Assembly: GCA_964534375.1 (NCBI GenBank)
Contig: CAZHPN010000013.1
Coordinates: forward strand, 1-55,842
Direction: 5' to 3'
DNA length: 55,842 nucleotides
Source of the DNA: an uncultured bacterium
GTDB taxonomy: Bacteria; Lernaellota; Lernaellaia; Lernaellales; Lernaellaceae
The notes beneath the pieces are model-generated. The model worked only from the letters and a program-made list of their open reading frames with translations. It did no database searches and was not told the DNA's origin. Below, piece after piece: positions 38,394 through 46,630 of this stretch. The translations under genes were made by a program, and so were the position numbers. The number at the start of each line of letters is the position of its first letter. Positions within the stretch are counted from its first letter, which is position 1.

Positions 38394-41300
38394 TTGCCAG
38401 ACACGAAAGACGAGCCGCAAAATCCGCTCGCCGGACCGCCGGCGGCGGTCGAAAATACGGCGACGATTCTCCAGCCGCTGCCGGCAGACCGGGCGGCGTC
38501 GGCGGAGCGCGCGCGCCCGGCGGTCGGGCGGCTGCCGGAACCAGGCGAGCGTCTCGATCAATACGAGATTCTGCGCCGCCTCGGCCAGGGCGGCATGGGG
38601 GTCGTATATCTGGCGCGCGACACGCAACTCGGGCGGTTGGCGGCGCTGAAGGTCGTCCACCCCGAGTTGGCGCAGTCGGCCGACGCGAGCGAACGCTTTC
38701 TCTTTGAGGCCCGCGTCACCGCCCGGTTCAATCACCCGCACATCGTGACGATCTACGGCGTCGGGCAAGCCGGCGGCCTGCCGTACCTCACGCTGGAATA
38801 CCTCCGGGGCGAAACGCTGCGCGAACGGCTGCGGGCCGAGTCGCCGGTTTTGAACGAGATCTTGCAGATCGCCGTCGCGGTCGCCAAGGCGTTGCAGGAG
38901 GCCCATCGGCGCCAAATCCTCCATCGCGACCTCAAGCCGGAAAACATTTTTCTGCCCAAGGACGGCCGGCTGCGCGTGCTCGATTTCGGGCTGGCGAGGT
39001 TTCTGGAGCCGGAAAAACCACCCGCCGCCGCGGCGCCTGCGCCGGACGCCTCGATGTTTGCGCCGGAATTCGCCGCGGGCCCGGCGCGCGAGGCGAACCG
39101 GCTGGCCGGCACGATGTTCTACATGGCGCCCGAGCAATGGCGTCTGCACGACCTGACGCCCGCCGTCGACGTCTGGGCGCTGGGCGTGATCCTCTTCGAA
39201 ATGTTCGCCGGCCGCCGGCCGTACGCCGGCGCCTCGTTCGAAATTTCCGCCGCGGTGACCGCGAACGAACCGGCGCCGAGTTTGGCGGCCGCGGCGCCCG
39301 ACGCGCCGGCCGCCATTTGCCGCCTGGTCGACCGCTGCCTGGCGAAATCGCCCGCCGAGCGGCCGACGATCGACGAGACGCTGGCCGAATTGGAAACGTT
39401 GGTCGGCGACGTCGCCCGCCGGCCCGCTCCGGGCGACGCGGAGAAAAGCCCGTTCCGCGGGCTGTTCCCCTTCCGCCCGGAGGACGCGGACATCTTTTTC
39501 GGCCGCGACGCCGAAATCGCCGCGTGCGTCGAAAAACTGCGCGGCCAGCCGCTGCTGGCCGTGGTCGGCGCTTCCGGCGCCGGCAAATCGTCGTTTGTCA
39601 TGGCCGGCGTCATCCCCGCGCTGGAAACCGTCGGCAATTGGCTGTTCGTTTCCCTGCGGCCGGGCAAACGGCCGTTTGCGGCGCTCGCCAACAGCCTTCA
39701 GGGCCAGGGTCTGCTCGACCCCCGGCGGTCGGGCGACACGGCTGCGAATCTCTCCGCGAAGACCTTTCACGTTTTTTTCGGCAATCGGCAGGCCGCGCTG
39801 GCCGACGAACTGGCGGCGTCGCCGCCGCTGCTGGGTTCGTTGTTGCGTTTTGAAGCGCAGTCGCGCGGCCGCAAGGCGCTGGTGGTGATCGACCAATTCG
39901 AGGAACTCTATTCGCTGGGCGGCGCCGCGGAAGAAACGCGGCGGTTCGCCGAAGCGCTGTGCCTGGCGGCCGACGATCCCGACGGGCCGATTCGCGTGGT
40001 CCTGACGGTCCGCGACGATTTCCTCAGCCACCTCGCGGGGCACCCGGGAATCGCGGCGGCGATGGCCGCCGGCGTCGTCGTGTTGCGCACGCCGAATCCC
40101 GAAGCGCTCGCGCAAACGCTGATTCGTCCGCTCGCGGCCCGCCAGTATTCGTTCGAGGACGAAGATTTGCCGCGGGAAATGGTCGCGGCCGTCGCGGCCG
40201 AGCCGGCGGGCCTGCCGTTCCTGCAGTTCGCCGCGCAACGGCTGTGGGAAGCGCGGGACCCGCGGCGGCGGGTCTTGCGGCGCGAAACCTACCGGCAAAT
40301 GGGCGGCGTCGCCGGGGCGTTGGCCGATCACGCCGATCGCGTGATCGACGAATTGGGGCCGGGAAAAGACGCCATCGCGCGCGCGGTGCTCCTGCGGCTG
40401 ATCACGCCCGACGGCACGCGGCGCCAGACGCGGCGCCGCGAGTTGATCGAGCAGACGGGGCCGGACGCCGGGTCCGTCCTGGACAAGTTGGTGGCCCAAC
40501 GCCTGCTGGTCAGCCGGCGGCCGATCGGCGACGAGGACGATCCGCGAGACGACGCGCCCGCCGCGGAGTCGACGCTGGAACTGGCGCACGAATCGTTGAT
40601 CGCGCGCTGGGACCGGCTGCGACGTTGGTACGAAGAATCGAAAGACGACATCGCGCTGTTCGCCCGTTTGCAGACGGCCGCGCAAACCTGGATCGGACAC
40701 GGCCGCCGTTCGGAAGATCTTTGGCGAGGCCTGTCGCTGGCCGAGGCCGACCAATGGCAGGGCCGCGTCACGCAAACGTTGACGCCGGAAATTCGCCATT
40801 TTCTCGACCAATCCCGGGCGGCCGAAGCCCGCGCCCGGCGCCGCAAACGAATCGCGCAAATCGCGCTCGCGCTGGTCGCCGTCGCCTCGCTGGCGACCGC
40901 GGTCTACGTTTCGCGGCAAGCGCGCGCCGCGCGCGAAGGCCTGGCGCACGCGCTGCTCTCCGACGCCGCGGCCGCCTGGCAACGCGAAGATTTCCCGGAG
41001 GCCCGCGCCAAGTTGCGTTGCTCGTTCGAAATCCTCGATACGCCGGGCGCCCGCGCCTTGTGGGCCCGCATTCAGGGCGACCCGCGCTGCTTCGTCGGCC
41101 GCACCGGCGGTTTGAATTATTCGGTCGTCTTTTCCGGCGACGGCCGGCAGGTGGTTTCCTCGGGCGCGGAGCCCATCGTTCGCATCTGGACGGTCGCCAC
41201 TGGCGAGGTTCGGCTCATTCGCAACACCGGCTGGGAAAATTACGCGCTCGCCGTCGATTTCGACGGGAAACGGATTGCGGTCGGCGACAACGAAGGCGAG

Positions 41301-43799
41301 GTCCGACTCTTCGCGACCGACGGCGGCGAAAGCCGGCGGTTTCGCATCCACCACGGCATGATCCGCGGCATCCGCTTCGATCGGAAATGGCCGTTTGTCG
41401 TCAGCGCGGCGACGGACGGCTCGGTCGTCGCCTGGGACCCCAACACCGGCGCGCCGCGGTGGGAAATTCCCGCCGCCTCGAAGTTTTCCGGCAATTGGCG
41501 GGGTTTGTCCGTCGACCAGGAAGGCGGCGCCGTCGGTTTGGTCGGCGTGGTCTCGAAGTTGCTGCTGGTGAACGCCGCGGATGGAACCACGGCGCGGGCG
41601 CTCGACACCCGCGAGCAGCACCCGGTCAACGTGGCCTTCCATCCCGACGGACGCAGAGTCGCGTCGGTGGGCTTGGAAGACGGCCTCCTGCGCATTTGGG
41701 ACCGTCAAACCGGACAACTGCTCGGCGAAGCCGCCGGCCTGCGGCAAGCGTTAGCCATCAGCGCGGACGGCAAACTCCTCGCGTCCGCAACGAACGCCGA
41801 CGACATCGACATCCGCGATTTCGAAACCCTGAAAAGCCGCGGCTTGCTGACGGGCCATCAACGAGCGATTCAGAATCTGGACTTCAATCGCGACGGTTCG
41901 TTGCTGGCTTCGGCGAGTTGGGACCGGACCGTCCGCGTTTGGCGAACCGGCGTTTTTCGCCGGCCGGAGACCAGCCACGACCAGGAAGTGGTCGGCGTCG
42001 CCTTCAGCCCGGACGGCCGCTCGTTGGCGACGGGCGGTTGGGACAAAAAAGTAATTGTCTGGGATTTGAACACCGGCGTCGGCGCCAGTCTGACGGGACA
42101 TGAAGGCCCGGTGCGGGAAGTTGCGTTCAGCCCGGACGGCCGGTGGCTCGCCTCCGCGAGCAACGATGCGATGGTCCGGTTGTGGGATCGGCAAACGAAC
42201 GCGACGGCCCGCATTCTCTCCGGCCATGCGCGCGAAGTGTGGGGCTTGCGCTTCAGCCCCGACGGCAAACGCCTGGCGACCGCCAGCTACGATCGCACGG
42301 TGCGGATCTGGGACGTCGATTCGGGCCGCACGCTGAACGAGTTTTCCGGCGCGGACATCAACCGCGACATCCTCTACACGCCCGACGGCCGGTTTGTCGT
42401 CGTGGGCGGCGATTATCACGTGAACGTGTGGGACGCGTCGAAGGGGGTCCGTACGGCGTCGTTCCCGGTGGTCCGGACGAACGTTTGCACGTTTCTGGCC
42501 CTCAGCCCCGACGGCCGCTATCTGGCCTCGGGTTCGCTGGAGGACCGCGGCGGACGCATTTGGGACCTGCAGTCCGGGCGTCTGGTGCAAACACTGACCG
42601 GCGGTCGCGGCCCGTTCGAAGGGGTCGCCTTCTCGGCGGACGGCGTGCGTCTTTACGCGACCGCCGACGACGACGTGGAAACGTGGGACTGGAGAAACGG
42701 CGTCTTGCTCGGCCGCTTTCGCAGCCCGGCGGCGTCGCCCAGCAATGTGGTCGCTAGCCCGGACGGCCGGTTTCTCGTCTGGGCGACCGGCGACGAATCC
42801 GACAGCGTGATTCCCTGGGATCTCGCGCGGTCGCAACCGCACTGGCGCGCGCCGTTGTTGCTGCTTGCGCCGCGGCCGTTGCTGCTGACCAAGGACGGCT
42901 TGCGGGAATTGGCCGCCGCGTCGGGCCGCGAGCCGGCCTACGCGGCGATCGCAACCTTGCCCGCCAACCTGCGGGAACCCGTGCGGGCCGTCGACGCACG
43001 CGCTGTCGCGGCGGCGATCGGCGATGACGGCCGCCGCCTCGTCTTCTTCACCGCCGACGGCCGGGTCGAGTTCTGGGATCTGGAACGCGGCGCCCGCCTG
43101 GGCGCGGCGCAGGTCCCCGGGGTGCAAAAGGCCCTGCCGTTGCCGGACGGTTTCGTCACCCTGGCGGAGGGCCGGATCGTCCGTTGGGGGTGCGGCGGCG
43201 AGGCCGAGGCGGCGTGCGCGGCGACAACGTTGGTCGAGACGGGCGCGACCGGGTTGGACGTGTCCGCCGGAAAAGTCCTCGCGGCCGCCGCCGGGCGCAT
43301 CCAAGTTTTCTCGTCCGCCGGCCGTGCGGAAGAGAAGATCGCCGCCGGCGACGCGATCACGGCGATGATTATGCAAGGCGACCGCGTCGTCGCCGGGTAC
43401 CGCGACGGTTCGCTGGAAATTCATTCGTTGACGGCGCGGGGAAAAGGCCAGGCGGCGCTGCTGGGCGGCGTCTCCGGAACCCCGGTCCGAGCGCTGGCGT
43501 GGATCACGCCGCAGATTCTGGCGGCGGGTTTTGAAAACGGCAAAGTCGGCCTCTGGAACCTGGACGAAGGCCGGCTGGTCGACCAGTTCAAGCTGCACGG
43601 GCCGATCGTCCATCTCGTGGTTCGCGACCGGCGCCTGTACGCCGCGACGATCCTCGGCGACTCGCGCGTCGAGGACCTCAGCGCGTACGAACTGCCTTAT
43701 TGCGCGGTGCTGCGCCAGGTCTGGGCCGATATCCCCGTCGTCTGGGAGAACGAGAAAATTCAACTGCAGCCGGCCCCGACGCGGCATTCGTGCCGCTGA
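38394..43799 (+). CDS. Ser/Thr kinase - STAND NTPase (nSTAND1-like) - TM - WD40 repeat protein
   Basis: GQGGMG, HRDLKPEN, DFG, APE; SPFRGLxPF..FFGR, GASGAGKSS, LVVIDQFEE, AHExLxxxW; hydrophobic helix; more than 10 GH..WD repeats. Confidence 0.93.
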   Translation: MPDTKDEPQNPLAGPPAAVENTATILQPLPADRAASAERARPAVGRLPEPGERLDQYEILRRLGQGGMGVVYLARDTQLGRLAALKVVHPELAQSADASERFLFEARVTARFNHPHIVTIYGVGQAGGLPYLTLEYLRGETLRERLRAESPVLNEILQIAVAVAKALQEAHRRQILHRDLKPENIFLPKDGRLRVLDFGLARFLEPEKPPAAAAPAPDASMFAPEFAAGPAREANRLAGTMFYMAPEQWRLHDLTPAVDVWALGVILFEMFAGRRPYAGASFEISAAVTANEPAPSLAAAAPDAPAAICRLVDRCLAKSPAERPTIDETLAELETLVGDVARRPAPGDAEKSPFRGLFPFRPEDADIFFGRDAEIAACVEKLRGQPLLAVVGASGAGKSSFVMAGVIPALETVGNWLFVSLRPGKRPFAALANSLQGQGLLDPRRSGDTAANLSAKTFHVFFGNRQAALADELAASPPLLGSLLRFEAQSRGRKALVVIDQFEELYSLGGAAEETRRFAEALCLAADDPDGPIRVVLTVRDDFLSHLAGHPGIAAAMAAGVVVLRTPNPEALAQTLIRPLAARQYSFEDEDLPREMVAAVAAEPAGLPFLQFAAQRLWEARDPRRRVLRRETYRQMGGVAGALADHADRVIDELGPGKDAIARAVLLRLITPDGTRRQTRRRELIEQTGPDAGSVLDKLVAQRLLVSRRPIGDEDDPRDDAPAAESTLELAHESLIARWDRLRRWYEESKDDIALFARLQTAAQTWIGHGRRSEDLWRGLSLAEADQWQGRVTQTLTPEIRHFLDQSRAAEARARRRKRIAQIALALVAVASLATAVYVSRQARAAREGLAHALLSDAAAAWQREDFPEARAKLRCSFEILDTPGARALWARIQGDPRCFVGRTGGLNYSVVFSGDGRQVVSSGAEPIVRIWTVATGEVRLIRNTGWENYALAVDFDGKRIAVGDNEGEVRLFATDGGESRRFRIHHGMIRGIRFDRKWPFVVSAATDGSVVAWDPNTGAPRWEIPAASKFSGNWRGLSVDQEGGAVGLVGVVSKLLLVNAADGTTARALDTREQHPVNVAFHPDGRRVASVGLEDGLLRIWDRQTGQLLGEAAGLRQALAISADGKLLASATNADDIDIRDFETLKSRGLLTGHQRAIQNLDFNRDGSLLASASWDRTVRVWRTGVFRRPETSHDQEVVGVAFSPDGRSLATGGWDKKVIVWDLNTGVGASLTGHEGPVREVAFSPDGRWLASASNDAMVRLWDRQTNATARILSGHAREVWGLRFSPDGKRLATASYDRTVRIWDVDSGRTLNEFSGADINRDILYTPDGRFVVVGGDYHVNVWDASKGVRTASFPVVRTNVCTFLALSPDGRYLASGSLEDRGGRIWDLQSGRLVQTLTGGRGPFEGVAFSADGVRLYATADDDVETWDWRNGVLLGRFRSPAASPSNVVASPDGRFLVWATGDESDSVIPWDLARSQPHWRAPLLLLAPRPLLLTKDGLRELAAASGREPAYAAIATLPANLREPVRAVDARAVAAAIGDDGRRLVFFTADGRVEFWDLERGARLGAAQVPGVQKALPLPDGFVTLAEGRIVRWGCGGEAEAACAATTLVETGATGLDVSAGKVLAAAAGRIQVFSSAGRAEEKIAAGDAITAMIMQGDRVVAGYRDGSLEIHSLTARGKGQAALLGGVSGTPVRALAWITPQILAAGFENGKVGLWNLDEGRLVDQFKLHGPIVHLVVRDRRLYAATILGDSRVEDLSAYELPYCAVLRQVWADIPVVWENEKIQLQPAPTRHSCR

Positions 43800-44076
43800 C
43801 ACGATCGGGCAGCGTCTCAGTTTGCCGGCCTGGCGCCCGACGCCTGCGGCCGCGGACCAAAATTGGCTTTGTTTCGTAATTTTGCCGATCTTGCCCTGCG
43901 TTGGCCGGCCGTACACCGGCGTTCGCCGTAGGCAAAACGGCATTCAACGCCTTTCATGGGCGGTAACTTATATCAAAATAACGTTATTGGTGAATCGACC
44001 CCATTGGCCGTACCCGAAGTGGCTGGCGCCTGCGTCGGCCGGCTCACCCAGCCGTCCGCCAAAAAGGCTTTTATTT

Positions 44077-44164
44077 AACCGCTAATTCACGCGAATTCAC
44101 GCGAATAGGACCGGACATGCCGCCGCTTGTTCTTATTCGCGTGCATTCGCGTGCATTCGCGGTT
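44077..44164. repeat. Palindromic element copy 1 (AACC..CACGCGAAT / ATTCGCGTG..GGTT, 10-nt subrepeats)
   Basis: Arms pair over about 30 bp; near-identical copy at 45551-45627. Confidence 0.85.
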
Positions 44165-44204
44165 CATTTTCCTTCCTTCGCGGTCCAATTTCAATCACTC
44201 GTGT

Positions 44205-45521
44205 TTACCGGAGTCTGTTCGCGGTCAGTTTACGGCGAACCCTCGTCGTCGGTTTGCGGGACTTCAGTTCTGGAATGCCGCGGGCGATTCGTTCTTTGGC
44301 GACCGTCTCCACGGGATAACCGAGCACCTCGGCGAGCAGTTTGTCGGGAAGCCGCCCCAGCGGCTCGCCGTCCCAAAAGCGGCGCTCTTCTTCCGCTTTC
44401 TTACGGGCTTGCCAGCTCATGATGCCGCGGACCTTTCTGGCTCCGGAGACAGTGTGGGTGTTGCATCCAAGCCGTTTGGCCAGCGTCGCATCTGACATTT
44501 TTCCGAGCGGTTGTTTGTCCCAGTTTATGCCGAGCCGCCGATGCGGTTGGTGCGGCGGAATGCCGCGTCTTGCTCGCGCCACGCCGACGACGCGAGAAGC
44601 GCAACCCAGTCGTTCGGCGAGAGCGACGTCCGTCATTTTGCCGAGCGGCTGTTCGTCCCAATTTATGCCCAGCAGCATCGACTCCTGGAAAGGAGCGATG
44701 CCGCGCCTGCGTCGCGCCTTCAAAACGGTTGCGCCGCTGCAACCAAACCGTTTGGCGAGCGAAGCGTCCGACACCTTGCCCAGCGGTTGTTTGTCCCAAT
44801 CGATGCCGAGCGTCGGTGGCGGCTTGTACGCCGGGATGCCGCGCCGTCTGCGCTGCACGGACACGGTGTTGGCGTCGACGCCCAGTTTCTTCGCGAGGGC
44901 GACGTCGCTCTCCAATCCGAGCCCGACGGCGTCCCAATCGATTTTCCGCCTCGCTCGCGGATCGAACGGCGGTATTCCCGCCTCGTGGCGGCGATCCCTG
45001 GCGAGATCTTCCGACACGCCGAATTTGGCGGCGAAGGCCTTGTCCGTCATCGTTCCCAGTTCGTTCAACGGGACGTTTTTTCGCCGCCACCGCGCGTCGA
45101 TCGGGCACGGCCGAAGACCCCGTTTTCTCCGCTGTCGCCGCACCGCCGATACAGGCACACCGAGTTTTGCCGCGATCGCCGCGTCCTTTTCGCGGCCGAG
45201 CGGAACGCGATCCCAGTCGATTTTTTCGCTCGGCCTGGCGGCAAAGCGCGGAATTCCCATTTTTTCGCGCCAATGCCACACGCTGCGAGACGCCACGCCG
45301 TATTTGGCGGCCAATTCACCGTCCGGCATGGTTCCCAGTTCACTCGCAGGGACGACCATTCGTGGCGGCTGACGCCGGGGCGGGCAGGCCGGGATGCCGC
45401 GCTTTTTCCGCTGCTCCTGTACGCTGGAATTAGTGATGCCGAGCCGGCGCGCAATGGCCGCGTCCGTCTCGCGCCCCAGCGGAACTTCATCCCAATCGAT
45501 CCGCGGCTTTTTTCGACTCAT
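44205..45521 (-). CDS. Tandem HTH-like repeat protein, 9 repeats
   Basis: Nine ~45-aa units (D/N)WDxxPLGxxxDxxLAxxLGxxxxxVxxxRxxxGI; very basic; start ATG 45521 or TTG 45536. Confidence 0.85.
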   Translation of the reverse strand: MSRKKPRIDWDEVPLGRETDAAIARRLGITNSSVQEQRKKRGIPACPPRRQPPRMVVPASELGTMPDGELAAKYGVASRSVWHWREKMGIPRFAARPSEKIDWDRVPLGREKDAAIAAKLGVPVSAVRRQRRKRGLRPCPIDARWRRKNVPLNELGTMTDKAFAAKFGVSEDLARDRRHEAGIPPFDPRARRKIDWDAVGLGLESDVALAKKLGVDANTVSVQRRRRGIPAYKPPPTLGIDWDKQPLGKVSDASLAKRFGCSGATVLKARRRRGIAPFQESMLLGINWDEQPLGKMTDVALAERLGCASRVVGVARARRGIPPHQPHRRLGINWDKQPLGKMSDATLAKRLGCNTHTVSGARKVRGIMSWQARKKAEEERRFWDGEPLGRLPDKLLAEVLGYPVETVAKERIARGIPELKSRKPTTRVRRKLTANRLR

Positions 45522-45550
45522 CTCGGCGTCCGCCAAAAAGGATTTTACTT

Positions 45551-45627
45551 AACGCTAATTCGCGCGAATTCACGCGAATAGGACCGGACATGCATCCGCT
45601 TGTGTTTATTCGCGTGTATTCGCGGTT
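45551..45627. repeat. Palindromic element copy 2
   Basis: Shares aattcacgcgaataggaccggacatgc..ccgcttgt..ttattcgcgtg..ttcgcggtt with copy 1. Confidence 0.85.
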
Positions 45628-45708
45628 CGCCTTCCTTCATTCGCCGATATTTGCGGCTGACCTCGTTCATTCACGATTCTTCGCGGTCCGTTTCTGCCGA
45701 ACCCGCGG

Positions 45709-46143
45709 CTACGGTTTGCGCGACTTCAGTTCGGGAATGCCGCGCGCGACTCGCTCTTTCGCGACGGTTTCGACGGGATAACCGAGCCGGTCGGCGAGCG
45801 CCCGATCCGTAACTTTGCCCAGCGGTTGTTCGTCCCAATCGACGCGCTGATGCGGCCACGCGCGGCCGTGCGGCGGAATCCCGAGCTGCCGTCGATGATC
45901 GGTGACGGTGTGGGTGCTGTAGCCGAGCCGTTCGGCAAGCTCCCGATCGGGAACTTCTCCCAGCGGCAGTTCGTCCCAATTTATGTCGGGAGGCCACCGG
46001 CTGAATGGCGGAATGCCGCGCCGTCGCCTGTAGAACAATACGGTCGTGCCGCTGATCCCAAGCTCTCTGGCGAGGGCCGCGTCGGATTGGCGCCCCAACG
46101 GCTGCTTGTCCCAATCGATCGAACGACGTTTTTTCCCGCTCAT
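45709..46143 (-). CDS. Tandem HTH-like repeat protein, 3 repeats (paralog)
   Basis: Three units of the same motif; C-terminus GYPVETVAKERxARGIPELKSRKP shared with the 9-repeat protein. Confidence 0.85.
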   Translation of the reverse strand: MSGKKRRSIDWDKQPLGRQSDAALARELGISGTTVLFYRRRRGIPPFSRWPPDINWDELPLGEVPDRELAERLGYSTHTVTDHRRQLGIPPHGRAWPHQRVDWDEQPLGKVTDRALADRLGYPVETVAKERVARGIPELKSRKP

Positions 46144-46277
46144 GCCAACCCTCGCACTCCGGCCTCGCCGATCAATGCTTGATCGGTTCGATCTGCGTCG
46201 CGCCGGTGAGCGCTTCGATCGAATGCTGCGAGCAGAACGTCGTCATTGAGGATCATTTTTTTCGGTTCGTCGCTCAT
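46140..46277 (-). CDS. Small hypothetical protein (45 aa), translationally coupled to the 3-repeat gene
   Basis: AAGGAGG RBS before ATG 46277; ATGA overlap at 46140-46143. Confidence 0.5.
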   Translation of the reverse strand: MSDEPKKMILNDDVLLAAFDRSAHRRDADRTDQALIGEAGVRGLA

Positions 46278-46309
46278 GCGGCCCTCCTTTGCCCATTGGC
46301 CGCGCCCGC

Positions 46310-46610
46310 GGCGCGGCGGCCCCGACTGTAAGAGCGCCCCCCGCCTTCGCGGGGGCAGGCTTTTCCAGGCGCGATTCACGCGCCGCAGGCGCGGCGGCCC
46401 GAACTGTAAGAGCACCCTTCCGGGTGCGATTTGTTCACGCGCCGCAGGCGCGGCGGCCCCAACTGTAAGAGCACCCTTCCGGGTGCGATTTGTTAGATCG
46501 CGCCTGGAAAAGCCTGCCCCCGCGAAGGCGGGGGGCGCTCTTACAAACAAAAGATCAAAAATCGCGCCTGGAAAAGCCTGCCCCCGCGAAGGCGGGGGAC
46601 GCTCTTACAG
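46310..46610. repeat. REP-like cluster (left), 5 units of TGTAAGAGCRCCYTTCCRGGYGCGAT
   Basis: Three forward and two reverse units; 59-bp tandem period; three units carry a nested insert. Confidence 0.85.
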
Positions 46611-46630
46611 CGGAAGACGACATGCGGCAT

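Noticed and set aside
38067..41747. Long antisense or alternate-frame ORFs (for example 38067-41747 -, 10991-13981 +, 46490-48871 +, 26116-28389 -)
   Set aside because: Shadows of real high-GC genes: Arg/Ala/Gly-rich, no motifs, fully overlapping well-supported CDSs
44077..45627. Bona fide integron attC sites
   Set aside because: R' fits GTTRRRY, but R'' does not fit RYYYAAC, the 10-nt subrepeat structure is atypical and no integron integrase is present; kept only as a hypothesis
46377..46494. 59-bp tandem repeat as a CRISPR repeat-spacer unit
   Set aside because: The would-be spacers are near-identical, so this is a simple tandem duplication of REP plus linker
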